Translations under genes and position numbers: made by a program
Origin: an uncultured Desulfobacteraceae bacterium
GTDB lineage: Bacteria > Desulfobacterota > Desulfobacteria > Desulfobacterales > UBA2174
Reading direction: 5' to 3'
NCBI GenBank assembly: GCA_937982505.1
Contig: CALJLV010000066.1
Coordinates: 4,819-68,818, forward strand
DNA length: 64,000 nucleotides
The notes under the pieces: generated by a model
The model's database searches: none
What the model was told of the DNA's origin: nothing
The model's input: only the letters and a program-made list of their open reading frames with translations
Part shown: in pieces, positions 43,325 through 52,512 of the stretch
Position numbering within the stretch: the stretch's first letter is position 1
Layout: every line of letters begins with the position of its first letter

Positions 43325-43466
43325 TGGCGACTTTCCCGGACCGGGGCCGCCCGGAAGAAAACGGGGGCGTCCTGGATTGGGACGTTGCCGGACCGCCCCC
43401 CGACCCCACATCGCCTCATTCAGCAAGACAACAGCGCGCCAAGACGTTTCCGGCGCATCCGGGCGG

Positions 43467-44816
43467 CTATCGCCGGGCAGGACCCGCGGGCGCGTCGAAA
43501 CGCCGGTCCTCCCAGTGCATGTAGCCGAGGATGGCGCGGACGACGGCCTGGCGCATCACCCCCGGCGGCCAGGGAAGGGTGCGCCGGTTGACGAAGAACA
43601 CCTCGGTGAGGTCGGTCTTGCGCTGCAGCACCATGTCCGCCAGGGTTTGGCCGTTGAGGTGGGTCAGGCTGACACCGTGGCCCACGCAGCCGAGACTGTA
43701 GACCACGTTCCGGTCGCCGAGGTAGCCCAGGGCCGGCGCCATGTCCAGCGGCACCGACACCGGTCCGCCCCATTCGTGGGTGAAGCGGATGTCTTTCAGG
43801 GCCGGAAAGAGCCGGCGCACGTCTTCTTTCAGACCCGCGAAGGTCGGCGGGTCGAGGTCGCGGTCCATGTCCTCACCCGTGGCGAGGGAGACGTCCCGGC
43901 CGCCCATGAGCAGCCGGTTGTCCGCCGTCAGGCGATAGTAGTGGACCAGGTTGCGCGCGTCCTCGATCCCCTGGCGGTTGCGCCAGCCGATGGCCTCGAA
44001 GTGCGCCTCCGTCAGCGGTTCGGTGAGTACGATATGGGTCCAGACCGGGATCTGCTTGCGCCGCAGGGCGGGAAAGCAGTGCGACCAGGCGTTGGTGGCC
44101 ATGACGAGCCGCTCGGCGCGCACCCGCCCCCCGGGAGTGGAAAGGGTGATGCCCCCCGGATGCCGTTGGATCTCGGCCACCGGGCTGTTTTCGTAGAAAA
44201 CGACCCCCATGCGGACCAAAAGGTCCTTCCAGCTCCAGGCGAGTTTGGCCGGGTTGAGGATCCCGCAGCGCGGCTCCCACCAGGCGCCCAGGTACAGAGG
44301 ACTGCGGACCTCCGCGGCCAACCGGTGGGCATCGATCCACTCGATGCCCTCCAGGCCGAGACGATGGGCCAGCGCGATCTCCTCCTGGATGCGCCGCTTG
44401 TACTTCTCCGAGGTGGCCACCCGCAGAAAGCCGGGGTGCTCGTAGTCGCAGTCGAGACCGAGTTCGGTCACCCGGGCGCGCAGAAGGTCCACGGCCCGTT
44501 CCATGTAGTGGTGGGCCTCCCGGGCCTTCTCTTTGCCGAAGCGCAGGGCGGTGATGCCCAGGGTCAGACCGAAGAGGGTCATGTTGAAGCCGCCGTTTCG
44601 GCCGCTGGCGCCGAAACCGATCACCTGGCCCTCCAGGATGGCGACCCGCAGGCTCGGCTCTGCCCGCTTGAGGTGGTAGGCCGTCGAAAGACCGGTGAAC
44701 CCGCCGCCGATGATGGCCACGTCGACTTCGAGGTCAGCACCCAGGGATGGACCCGGGGTGTAGTCGCGCGTGGTGAGCCAGAAGCTTTTTTCGCGGAAGT
44801 TCTCTTGCTTCATCAT
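43467..44816 (-). CDS. FAD-dependent oxidoreductase (DAO / glycine-D-amino-acid oxidase family)
   Basis: The real start is ATGATG at 44816 (MMKQENF...). GxGxxG is present in [15 protein letters not shown]. The 234-aa upstream extension of the tracked ORF overlaps the neighbouring Fe-S gene out of frame. Confidence 0.8.
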   Translation of the reverse strand: MMKQENFREKSFWLTTRDYTPGPSLGADLEVDVAIIGGGFTGLSTAYHLKRAEPSLRVAILEGQVIGFGASGRNGGFNMTLFGLTLGITALRFGKEKAREAHHYMERAVDLLRARVTELGLDCDYEHPGFLRVATSEKYKRRIQEEIALAHRLGLEGIEWIDAHRLAAEVRSPLYLGAWWEPRCGILNPAKLAWSWKDLLVRMGVVFYENSPVAEIQRHPGGITLSTPGGRVRAERLVMATNAWSHCFPALRRKQIPVWTHIVLTEPLTEAHFEAIGWRNRQGIEDARNLVHYYRLTADNRLLMGGRDVSLATGEDMDRDLDPPTFAGLKEDVRRLFPALKDIRFTHEWGGPVSVPLDMAPALGYLGDRNVVYSLGCVGHGVSLTHLNGQTLADMVLQRKTDLTEVFFVNRRTLPWPPGVMRQAVVRAILGYMHWEDRRFDAPAGPARR

Positions 44817-44899
44817 CTGCCCGGTTCCTTGTCCTGTTGGTCGGGTAAAACCGCAGCTCGAACGACCTGTTGCCGCCGTCCCGTCGCCCGGCAGCCGGC

Positions 44900-45961
44900 C
44901 TAGATCTTGCCGCGCTCCACGGCGATGTTGAGGTAGGTTTCCATTCCGCTCTTGGGCGGCACGTAGATGGCCTCCTCGGCCTTGCGCTCCAGGCCCATGG
45001 CCTCGGTGGGGCAGGTGGTGACGCACAGACCGCAGCCGATGCAGCGGTCCAGGTCGATGACCGCCACGTCGGCCGGCACCGCGATGGCCTCCATCTGGCA
45101 GCGCTCCACGCAGGTGCCGCAGCCGGTGCACAATGCCTCGTCCACCACGGCGAAGTAATTGCTCTGAACCGCCTCGGCCGGCTTGGGCTGGAGCTTGAGC
45201 GAGCGCAGCACCCCGCAGCAGTCCCCGCAGCACGAGCACATCCCCCCCACCTTCTGGGAGTTGAAGGGCTGCATCACCAGGCCGGCTTCCTGGCTTCGCT
45301 GGGCGACGGTCTTGGCCTCCTCGACCGTGATATAGCGGCCCATGCCGTTTTCCACGTAGTAGTCGGCGTGCGAGCCGAAGACCATGCAGGCCTCCAGGGG
45401 CTTGTCGCAGCCGCGGCCGTTGAGATGGGCCGTCTTGCGGCAGATGCAGTCGGCCACGGCGATGGTCTTCTGGCTTTCCAAAATGTCGAGCACGTCGTCG
45501 TAGGGGGCCACGGGCCACTTGGCCACCAGTTCGCGGTGGACCGGTACGGTGCGCATCACCGGGGTCCGGTTGGCCTGGATGGTGCGCCCGAAGGCGAGCT
45601 GGTAGTACGCCTCCATGTCCCGGGCCGTCTCGGCGTCGATACGCGGCAGCTGGAACTCGAAGATCCCCACCACGTAGGGGACGGCGGCGTACTTGACCGC
45701 GTCGGGCCGCCGCAGCCGGAACAGAAGCCCCTTTCTGGCCATGGCTTCCATCTGCTCGGCCACCTCGTCCCCGGGCCGGTTCAGCCGCCCGGCCACCTGG
45801 GCCGGGGTTTCCAGCATGGGGGTCATCTCCAGGAAAAAGGCGGCCTCCTCCGGAGAAAAGAGGCGCTGCAGGATCCGCATCTCGACCTTCTGTTCAGTCT
45901 CGGGAAAACCGGTGGCCAGGTCGTCCAGGCGCTGGCGCAGTCGCTCGTACACGTCGTTCAT
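44900..45961 (-). CDS. 4Fe-4S dicluster domain protein with an extra Cys-rich region
   Basis: Two ferredoxin motifs ([11 protein letters not shown] and [12 protein letters not shown]) plus [12 protein letters not shown] at 45961 with an AGGAGA RBS. Confidence 0.8.
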   Translation of the reverse strand: MNDVYERLRQRLDDLATGFPETEQKVEMRILQRLFSPEEAAFFLEMTPMLETPAQVAGRLNRPGDEVAEQMEAMARKGLLFRLRRPDAVKYAAVPYVVGIFEFQLPRIDAETARDMEAYYQLAFGRTIQANRTPVMRTVPVHRELVAKWPVAPYDDVLDILESQKTIAVADCICRKTAHLNGRGCDKPLEACMVFGSHADYYVENGMGRYITVEEAKTVAQRSQEAGLVMQPFNSQKVGGMCSCCGDCCGVLRSLKLQPKPAEAVQSNYFAVVDEALCTGCGTCVERCQMEAIAVPADVAVIDLDRCIGCGLCVTTCPTEAMGLERKAEEAIYVPPKSGMETYLNIAVERGKI

Positions 45962-46079
45962 CGTCTGTCTCCTGTCTGGGGTAAGGGGCCTGTGCCGCAA
46001 GATGGATTATTGGGGTGATGAGGCTGCCTCATCCGTCGTCATCCCGAGCGCCGGCGAGGGACCTGCGCAGGCCAGGGGT

Positions 46080-47132
46080 TCAGATCCGCCCCCCGGCGAT
46101 GACTTCGGCGGCCCGGCGCTCCAGGGCCGCCACGGCGAAGACAAGCATGGCAAAGCGCCGGTCCCGGGTCTGACCGTGAAAGTAGCGATAATAGATCTGC
46201 TGGGCGATCACCGCCAGGCGAAACAGGCCGAAGGCGTAATAGAACACCAGATCGTCGATGCGCCGGCCGTACGCGGCCGCCAGTTCCGCGCGGGTCAGGG
46301 CCCCGGGGATGTGGGTGGGCATGAGACGCAGGGCGTGCATTTCGGCGCTGTCGCCGGCCTCGACCCAGTAGGCCAGACTGTTGCCCAGGTCCATGAGCGG
46401 ATCGCCGATGGTGGCCATCTCCCAGTCCAGGACGCCGATGATGCGCACCGGATCGGCCGGATCGAGGACCACGTTGTCCAGCCGAAAATCGTTGTGCACC
46501 AGGCCCGGCCGGGGGCTGTCGGCCGGCTGGTGACGGGCCAGCCAGGTCATGACGGCCTCGAAGTCCGGGGCGTCGGCGGTGCGCGCGGCCCGGTAACGGC
46601 CGGACCAGCCTTCCACCTGGCGGCGCACATAGCCCGCGGGACGGCCCAGGTCGGCCAGACCGGCGGCGGTGTAGTCGATCCGATGCAGTTCCAGATGGGC
46701 CTCCAGAAAACACCGGCACAGGGCGCGGGCCCGGTCCGGGGTGTAGACCAGGCCGTCGGGCAGCTCCTTTCTCAGGATGATGCCCCGGATGCGCTCCATG
46801 ACGTAAAAAGGGGCCCCGATCACCTCCGGATCCTCGCACAGGGCCAGGGCTTCGGGCACGTAGGGGTAGACCGGCTTCAGGGCCTTGAGGATCCGGTATT
46901 CGCGTCCCATGTCGTGGGCCTTGGCGGCCTTGGTGCCGAAGGGCGGCCGGCGCAGGACCAGTTCCCGGTCGCCCACGGTGACCAGATAGGTCAGGTTGGA
47001 ATAGCCGCCGGGAAACTGGCGCACCGCCACCGGTCCAGCCAGGCCGACGGTCCGGCCGAGATAGGCACCGATCCGGTGGGCGTCCAGGGCCTCGCCCTCG
47101 CGAACGGAGCGGACGGGGTCGATGAGATCCAT
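46080..47132 (-). CDS. Phosphotransferase-family kinase (APH / ACAD10-11 / LvaA-like)
   Basis: The catalytic loop is HNDFRLDNVVLD and the DWE/D motif is VLDWEMATIGDPLMDLG. The N-terminal lobe reads FPGGYSNLTYLV. Confidence 0.8.
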   Translation of the reverse strand: MDLIDPVRSVREGEALDAHRIGAYLGRTVGLAGPVAVRQFPGGYSNLTYLVTVGDRELVLRRPPFGTKAAKAHDMGREYRILKALKPVYPYVPEALALCEDPEVIGAPFYVMERIRGIILRKELPDGLVYTPDRARALCRCFLEAHLELHRIDYTAAGLADLGRPAGYVRRQVEGWSGRYRAARTADAPDFEAVMTWLARHQPADSPRPGLVHNDFRLDNVVLDPADPVRIIGVLDWEMATIGDPLMDLGNSLAYWVEAGDSAEMHALRLMPTHIPGALTRAELAAAYGRRIDDLVFYYAFGLFRLAVIAQQIYYRYFHGQTRDRRFAMLVFAVAALERRAAEVIAGGRI

Positions 47133-47157
47133 CGGTCCTCCTTCTTGGGGGGCGGAC

Positions 47158-47733
47158 TCAGGTCCGCGCCAATAGGATCAGAAAGTTGGGCCCCAGATCA
47201 TCCAGACGGGTCTGGAGAAACCCATGGGGCGCCAGCCAAGCGGCGATTTCCTCTGGCGACTGGAGCTGCGCGACCGGCGGCCCCCAGGGTTGATCTTCCT
47301 TTTTGACGCTGAGCACCGCCAGCCGGCCGTCGCTTTTCAACACCCGGCGCACCTCGCCGAAGATGGCCGCCGCGTCCCGCTTGAGCGCCAGCACGTGCCA
47401 CACCGCAGCCAGCAGGCAGACGTCCACGCTGGCGCCGGCGAGCGGCAGGCCCCGGCGCATGTCGGCCAAAAGGGGGCAGAGGTTGGCGATGCGCCGCAGG
47501 GCCGCCTCGTCGGCCATGGACCGGAGCACCGGAGCCCACTTGTCCAGACCGTAGACCCGCCCCCGGGGGCCCACCCGCAGCGCCGCGGCCAGGGCCCAGT
47601 CCCCGGGACCGCAGCCCAGATCCAGCAGGACATCCTCCGGCCGCAGGCCCAGGGCCGCAAAGACCGGGGCCGGATCCTGCATCCCGAAGCTGCTGGGCCC
47701 GTGGCGCGGCGTCTGTCTCGCATCGGCGGTCAT
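47158..47733 (-). CDS. Class I SAM-dependent methyltransferase
   Basis: Motif I is VLDLGCGPGDWA and the post-I acidic residue is in VYGLD. The ATG at 47733 overlaps the TetR stop (ATGA). Confidence 0.75.
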   Translation of the reverse strand: MTADARQTPRHGPSSFGMQDPAPVFAALGLRPEDVLLDLGCGPGDWALAAALRVGPRGRVYGLDKWAPVLRSMADEAALRRIANLCPLLADMRRGLPLAGASVDVCLLAAVWHVLALKRDAAAIFGEVRRVLKSDGRLAVLSVKKEDQPWGPPVAQLQSPEEIAAWLAPHGFLQTRLDDLGPNFLILLART

Positions 47734-48437
47734 CAGCCGTTTTGTCCTGGGCCGGGCCGGTAGTGTTCGATCTGGTCCAACACCGCCGCGGCGTACTGGT
47801 CCACCGTGATCTTTCGCCCGGCGTGCTTCCAGTGCTTGAGATACCAGTCCTGGAGCATGGCCTTGAGCAGACTGGCGCTCAGGCGGAAATCGCGCGCCGC
47901 GATGGCCCCGGCCTCGGCCGCCTGGCGCAGCAGATCCTCGAAGAGCCGCTCGGTGGCCAGCTCGCCCTCCAAGGTGCGGCGGCGCTCGGCCGGGGGCAGG
48001 CGGCGCGCCTCCATGTAGGCGAAAAAGAACCAGGGCTGCATGGCCTCGCTGAGGTACAGATGGGTGCGCACGGCGCAGCGCAGCCGTTCCAAGGGGTCCG
48101 AAGCCTGGGCCAGACGCTGCTCCAGAATGCGCCGGGTGACGCTGCGGCGCTGGTCCTGGAGCATGGCCAGCAGATCTTCCTTGGCGGGGAAATAGGCGTA
48201 GAGGGCACCCATGCTCATGCCGGTCTCGGCGCTCAGATCGCGCATGGTCATGGCCGCGAACCCCTTCTGGTTGGCGATCCTGAGGGCCGCGGCGAAGATC
48301 CGCTCCAGGTTGCGCACCACGGTGGCTTCCTTCTTGACGCGAAACGCCCCGGGGTGGCGCGCGAAGACCTCGCGGCACAGTTCGGCCTTGGACAGATCCA
48401 CCATTTTTTTGAATTCGCTGTAGCTCATGGCGGCCAT
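47733..48437 (-). CDS. TetR/AcrR-family transcriptional regulator
   Basis: N-terminal HTH: AAALRIANQKGFAAMTMRDLSAETGMSMGALYAYFPAKEDLL. Confidence 0.85.
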   Translation of the reverse strand: MAAMSYSEFKKMVDLSKAELCREVFARHPGAFRVKKEATVVRNLERIFAAALRIANQKGFAAMTMRDLSAETGMSMGALYAYFPAKEDLLAMLQDQRRSVTRRILEQRLAQASDPLERLRCAVRTHLYLSEAMQPWFFFAYMEARRLPPAERRRTLEGELATERLFEDLLRQAAEAGAIAARDFRLSASLLKAMLQDWYLKHWKHAGRKITVDQYAAAVLDQIEHYRPGPGQNG

Positions 48438-48487
48438 TCAACTCCGATCCGTCCGACGGGACGGTCCAACAGACCGCAAAATCCCCG

Positions 48488-49693
48488 TCAGCGCACCCGC
48501 CGCCCCTCGTAGCCCCTGAGGATCTGCCGCGCCGCGGACACCTTGTGGACCTCGTCGGCCCCGTCGTAGATCCGCGCGGCCCGCTCGTGGCGGAAAAAGA
48601 AGGCCAGCACCGTGTCGTCGGTCATCCCCAGCCCGCCGTGGACCTGCAGGGCCCGGTCGACCACCCGCTGCATGGTGTTGGCCACGGTGAACTTGATCAG
48701 CGAGATTTCACGGCGCGCCGCCTTGTTGCCTTCCTCGTCCATCTTCCAGGCCGCGTTGAGCACCATGAGCCGGGCCGCCTCGATCTCGGCGGCCGACTCG
48801 GCGATCCAGGACTGGACGATCTGCTTGTGGGCCAGGGTCTTGCCAGGCCCGATCTGCCGGGTCAGGGCCCGGTGGCACATCAGGTCGAAGGCCCGTCGGC
48901 AGATCCCCAGCCAGCGCATGCAGTGGTGGATGCGTCCGGGCCCCAGGCGTTCCTGGGCGATGACGAACCCGTGTCCCCGGGGGCCCAGCAGGTTCCCGGC
49001 CGGCACGCGGCAGTCCTGGTAGAGGATCTCGGCGTGGCTGAAGTAGTCCTCTCCGCAGTGGCCCATCACCGGGATGTTGCGCACCCGGTTGAACCCCGGC
49101 GCATCGGTGGGCACGATGATCATGCTGGCCTGCAGATAGGGGCTGGCCTCCGGATCGGTCTTGGCCATGACGATGGCCAAGGCGGCCCCGTCGGCGGCGG
49201 TGGTGTACCACTTCTGGCCGTTGATCACCCACTGGTCCCCCTCGAGCACCGCGGTGGTGTCCATGAGCACCGGATTGGACCCGGCCAGGTTGACCTCGGT
49301 CATGGAAAAGCAACTGCGGATTTCGCCGGCCACCAGGGGGCCGAGGTATTTCTCCTTCTGGGCCGCGTTGCCGAACAGATGCAGGATCTCGATGTTGCCC
49401 GCATCCGGCGCGTGGCAGCCGAAGACGAAGTGGCCCAGGGGGCTGCGGCCCAGGGCCTCGGAGACCAGACCGTGCTCCACCAGGCTCAGGCCCATGCCCC
49501 CGTAGGCCTTCGGGTGGTTGGGGGCCCACAGCTCCATCTGCTTGACCAGGCGGCGCTTTTCCGCGATTACGGGCAGCAGGTCGGTAAAGGGCCGGTTGAG
49601 AAATTCGGGCTCCAGGGGGATAAGCTCCTTTTCGACGAACTCGTCGATCATCCCCAGCACGATCTGCATCTTTTCCGAAATGCCGAACTCCAT
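48488..49693 (-). CDS. Acyl-CoA dehydrogenase
   Basis: 401 aa. ACAD blocks CFSMTE, WITNG-like (WVINGQKWYTT) and IYDGADEVH, with the catalytic Glu region near the C-terminus. Confidence 0.9.
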   Translation of the reverse strand: MEFGISEKMQIVLGMIDEFVEKELIPLEPEFLNRPFTDLLPVIAEKRRLVKQMELWAPNHPKAYGGMGLSLVEHGLVSEALGRSPLGHFVFGCHAPDAGNIEILHLFGNAAQKEKYLGPLVAGEIRSCFSMTEVNLAGSNPVLMDTTAVLEGDQWVINGQKWYTTAADGAALAIVMAKTDPEASPYLQASMIIVPTDAPGFNRVRNIPVMGHCGEDYFSHAEILYQDCRVPAGNLLGPRGHGFVIAQERLGPGRIHHCMRWLGICRRAFDLMCHRALTRQIGPGKTLAHKQIVQSWIAESAAEIEAARLMVLNAAWKMDEEGNKAARREISLIKFTVANTMQRVVDRALQVHGGLGMTDDTVLAFFFRHERAARIYDGADEVHKVSAARQILRGYEGRRVR

Positions 49694-49701
49694 GGAATCT
49701 C

Positions 49702-50394
49702 CTAGAACAGGGTTTTGAGGGTCGGATCGGCCTCTGTTTCCAGATGGCCGAGAGCGTTGAAGGATTTCATGGAAAAATGGCCGCCGTTGGTTTCAAGCAC
49801 CGATACCGACGTGTTGTAGATCTGCCAGCCAAGCGCCATGGCCACCGTCGGCGACAGGGACAGGGCCTCCTGAACACTGACGGCGATGGGACCGCCGGAG
49901 GTAAAGACCGCCACCCGGCGGCAGCCGGCGACGCGGGACGCCACCTGGCGCAGTCCGTCGCGTACCCGCCGGCTGAAGCCCGCCACCGTGTGCCCGGGTG
50001 CCTCGTGGTCCGCGAGACTGATCTGCATGGCCCGGCTCATGACCTGGCGGTAGGCCCGCGGATCCCTGTAGCGCCGGGCATAGGCCGCCGCCAGGTCCGG
50101 CTCGGCGGCCAGCAGGGCGCCGACCCGGGCGGCGAGGACCGCCTCGACGTCGATCTCGGCGAAGGCCTCGATGATTTCCGGCGCCCCGGTGTCGTTGGCG
50201 GCATTCAAGGCCCCTTCGGCCGTCTGCACGTGACGCCGCAGGGGGCCGGTGAAGACCGCGTCGAAACGGGTTCCGACGCGCCGCAGAAATTGCCCCAGCA
50301 ACCTGGCCTGGCGATGGCCGAGATCCGAGAGCCGATCGTAGTCGGCCGTGCCGAAGGAGGCCTGGGCATGGCGGATGAGGTGGATTTCGGTCAT
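49702..50394 (-). CDS. Histidine phosphatase (phosphoglycerate mutase-like) family protein
   Basis: The N-terminal RHG-type motif is IHLIRHAQASFG, followed by LSDLGHRQA. Confidence 0.8.
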   Translation of the reverse strand: MTEIHLIRHAQASFGTADYDRLSDLGHRQARLLGQFLRRVGTRFDAVFTGPLRRHVQTAEGALNAANDTGAPEIIEAFAEIDVEAVLAARVGALLAAEPDLAAAYARRYRDPRAYRQVMSRAMQISLADHEAPGHTVAGFSRRVRDGLRQVASRVAGCRRVAVFTSGGPIAVSVQEALSLSPTVAMALGWQIYNTSVSVLETNGGHFSMKSFNALGHLETEADPTLKTLF

Positions 50395-50485
50395 GGATCA
50401 GCCCGTGCAAAAGGATGGCCGCCGTGAGGGTCCAGCTTTGGTACTCAATGCTGCCTGTAGCCTTTGGGGAAAGGGTTTGTCAATC

Positions 50486-50511
50486 AAAAAGCGAGCGAAC
50501 GCTCGCTTTTT
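50486..50511. promoter_or_regulatory. Perfect 26-bp palindrome (candidate operator) in the divergent promoter region
   Basis: AAAAAGCGAGCG-AA-CGCTCGCTTTTT, with 12-bp perfect arms. It abuts the -35 of the etfB promoter candidate. Confidence 0.5.
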
Positions 50512-50512
50512 C

Positions 50513-50541
50513 TTGACAGGTCCGGGCCCTTGACCTATGGT
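50513..50541 (+). promoter_or_regulatory. Sigma-70-like promoter candidate for etfBA
   Basis: TTGACA (50513-18), a 17-nt spacer, then TATGGT (50536-41). Confidence 0.4.
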
Positions 50542-50641
50542 GCCGCCAGCGGTTTTCAGCCCTGCCGGGGGGATCGCTCACGCGCCCGGAGGGTCGGAGA
50601 CCTGGCGAATCTAGGGGATTGGAAGTCGCCATGCGCAGGCC

Positions 50642-51421
50642 ATGAAAATCCTCGTCTGCATTAAACAGATCCTGGCGCCCGAATCCGAGCTGGTCCCCAG
50701 GGCCGACGGCACAGGGGTGAGGCCCACGGGGCCGGCCGAGCGGCGCATCAGCCGCTACGACGCCTGTGCCCTGGAGGCGGCGCTGCAGCTGCGCGAGCGC
50801 GTCGGCGGGCGGATCCGGGTGGTCACGGTGGGACCGTCAGCGGCCGTCGAGGCCCTGCACCGGGCCCTGGGCATGGGCGCCGACGAGGCCATGCACGTCG
50901 TTGCGGCCGACGACGTCGACGACCCCTTCATCGTGGCCGGAGCCCTGGCGCCGGCGGCCGAGGACGACGACCTGGTCCTCGCCGGGGTGATGAGCGAAGA
51001 CCTGATGCAAGGCGCCGTGGGGCCGATCCTGGCCGCCCTGCTGGGACGCCCCTGCGCCACGGCGGCGGTGGTTCTGGAACCGGGGCCGGCGGGTTCGGGC
51101 CTGACGGTGGAAGAGGAGCTGGAACACGGCGAGCGCAGCCTCGTGGCCCTCGCGCTCCCGGCAGTGGTCACCATCCAGAGCGGCCCCTGGACGCCCCGCT
51201 ACCCGTCGCTGTCCGGTCTGCTCAAGGCCCGCCGCCAGGTTGTCCAAACCCTGGAACTGGCCGCCCTGCCCGTCCCCGGTCCGCGACAGCGGATCCTGGG
51301 GCTCGCCGCCCCGCCGCCCATCCGCCGGGGACGGATCCTGACGGGATCCGCCGGCGACAAGGCCACCCAACTGGTCCGTCTTCTGCGACGGCAGGGGTTT
51401 CTACCGCCGGAGGGCCCATGA
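50642..51421 (+). CDS. etfB: Electron transfer flavoprotein beta subunit
   Basis: MKILVCIKQI... and the overall 259-aa EtfB pattern. The stop overlaps the etfA start (ATGA). Confidence 0.85.
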   Translation: MKILVCIKQILAPESELVPRADGTGVRPTGPAERRISRYDACALEAALQLRERVGGRIRVVTVGPSAAVEALHRALGMGADEAMHVVAADDVDDPFIVAGALAPAAEDDDLVLAGVMSEDLMQGAVGPILAALLGRPCATAAVVLEPGPAGSGLTVEEELEHGERSLVALALPAVVTIQSGPWTPRYPSLSGLLKARRQVVQTLELAALPVPGPRQRILGLAAPPPIRRGRILTGSAGDKATQLVRLLRRQGFLPPEGP

Positions 51422-52482
51422 CCACGCCACCGGTCCACCTTGTCCTGGCCAGCCGCGATCAACGCCTGCCGGCGGCTGCCGAAAACCTCGCCGCCTGCGC
51501 CCGGGCCATCGCCGCCCCCGCTGCGGCGCCGATCCGGGCGGTGGTGGCCGGTGCGGATCCTTGGGCCGCGGCCGGAGAAACGGCCCGGCATCTGGGCATG
51601 CCGGTGACGGCTCTGCAAATCGTGGACCTCGCCGATCCCGGGGACGGCGCCGCCGGCCCCGCCCTGGCGGACTTCCTGAATTCGCAGGCGCCGGCCTGGA
51701 TCCTGATGGAAGACACCCCCCTGGGGCGACGCTGGGCCGCCGAACTGGGGGTCCGCTTGGCGGCGGCCTGCATCATCGGGGTGGACGCCGTCAACCGCGA
51801 CGGGGCCGGGGTCGTCTTGACACGGGCCGTCTGGGGGGGCAAGTTCAGAGCCGCCATCCGCGCGGAGGCCGAAAGGACGGTGGCCACTGTGGCCAGCGGC
51901 GCCTTTGTCGACCGGCCGGAGAAAACCGGCGAGGCGGCGGATGTCCGCCTCATCCGCCGCAGGGCCGACCATGGCGGCCGTCGCCACCTCCGGCGCATTG
52001 CGGCGACCGCGGCGGATGCATGCTTGGGTGAGGCCCGGGCCATCGTGGCTGCGGGAAACGGCATCGGCGAAGCCGACCGGCTGGCGCTGGTCCGCGAACT
52101 GGCCCAGCGGCTCACCGGGGCCGCCGTGGCCGGCTCGCGGCCGGTCTGCGACCGGGGCTGGCTCCCCTACAGCCGCCAGGTGGGGATCACCGGCGCCACC
52201 GTGGCCCCGGCGCTGTATATCGCCTGCGGCATCTCCGGAGCAGCCCAGCACGTTGCCGGGATGTCCGGGGCCGAACTGGTGGTGGCCATCAACAAGGACC
52301 CCCGGGCCGCCATCTTCCAGCATGCCGACATCGGGGTGGTGGAGGACCTGGCGACGTTTCTGCCCCTGCTGATCGAGGCCTGCCGGCCCCAAAAAGATTC
52401 GCCGGAAGGCTTCGGCACACCGTCATCCCGGGCGCCGACCCGGGATCCAATTCAGAAGGCTGAAGGTGGCCGGAAAACCTGA
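51418..52482 (+). CDS. etfA: Electron transfer flavoprotein alpha subunit
   Basis: The C-terminal FAD-binding block is SRPVCDRGWLPYSRQVGITGATVAPALYIACGISGAAQHVAGM...VVAINKDP. Confidence 0.85.
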   Translation: MTTPPVHLVLASRDQRLPAAAENLAACARAIAAPAAAPIRAVVAGADPWAAAGETARHLGMPVTALQIVDLADPGDGAAGPALADFLNSQAPAWILMEDTPLGRRWAAELGVRLAAACIIGVDAVNRDGAGVVLTRAVWGGKFRAAIRAEAERTVATVASGAFVDRPEKTGEAADVRLIRRRADHGGRRHLRRIAATAADACLGEARAIVAAGNGIGEADRLALVRELAQRLTGAAVAGSRPVCDRGWLPYSRQVGITGATVAPALYIACGISGAAQHVAGMSGAELVVAINKDPRAAIFQHADIGVVEDLATFLPLLIEACRPQKDSPEGFGTPSSRAPTRDPIQKAEGGRKT

Positions 52483-52512
52483 TGGTCGATACAAGGAGCG
52501 TCGCAAAGAGCA

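Noticed and set aside
43325-43466. Possible terminator hairpin between the convergent kinase and DAO genes
   Set aside because: I could find only imperfect GC-rich complementarity (GGCCGCCCGG...CGGGGGCGTCC) and no clear stem or U-tract.
44817-45518. Upstream 234-aa extension of ORF 43467..45518, which would make a 683-aa protein
   Set aside because: The extension overlaps the well-supported 4Fe-4S gene in another frame and is Arg/Gly-rich. The homologous DAO-type protein begins at MMKQENF with its GxGxxG motif about 30 residues in.
50486-50511. A5-stem-T5 palindrome as a bidirectional rho-independent terminator
   Set aside because: It lies between divergently transcribed operons, so no transcript should arrive from either side. 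It abuts a -35 element, and an operator role is more plausible.
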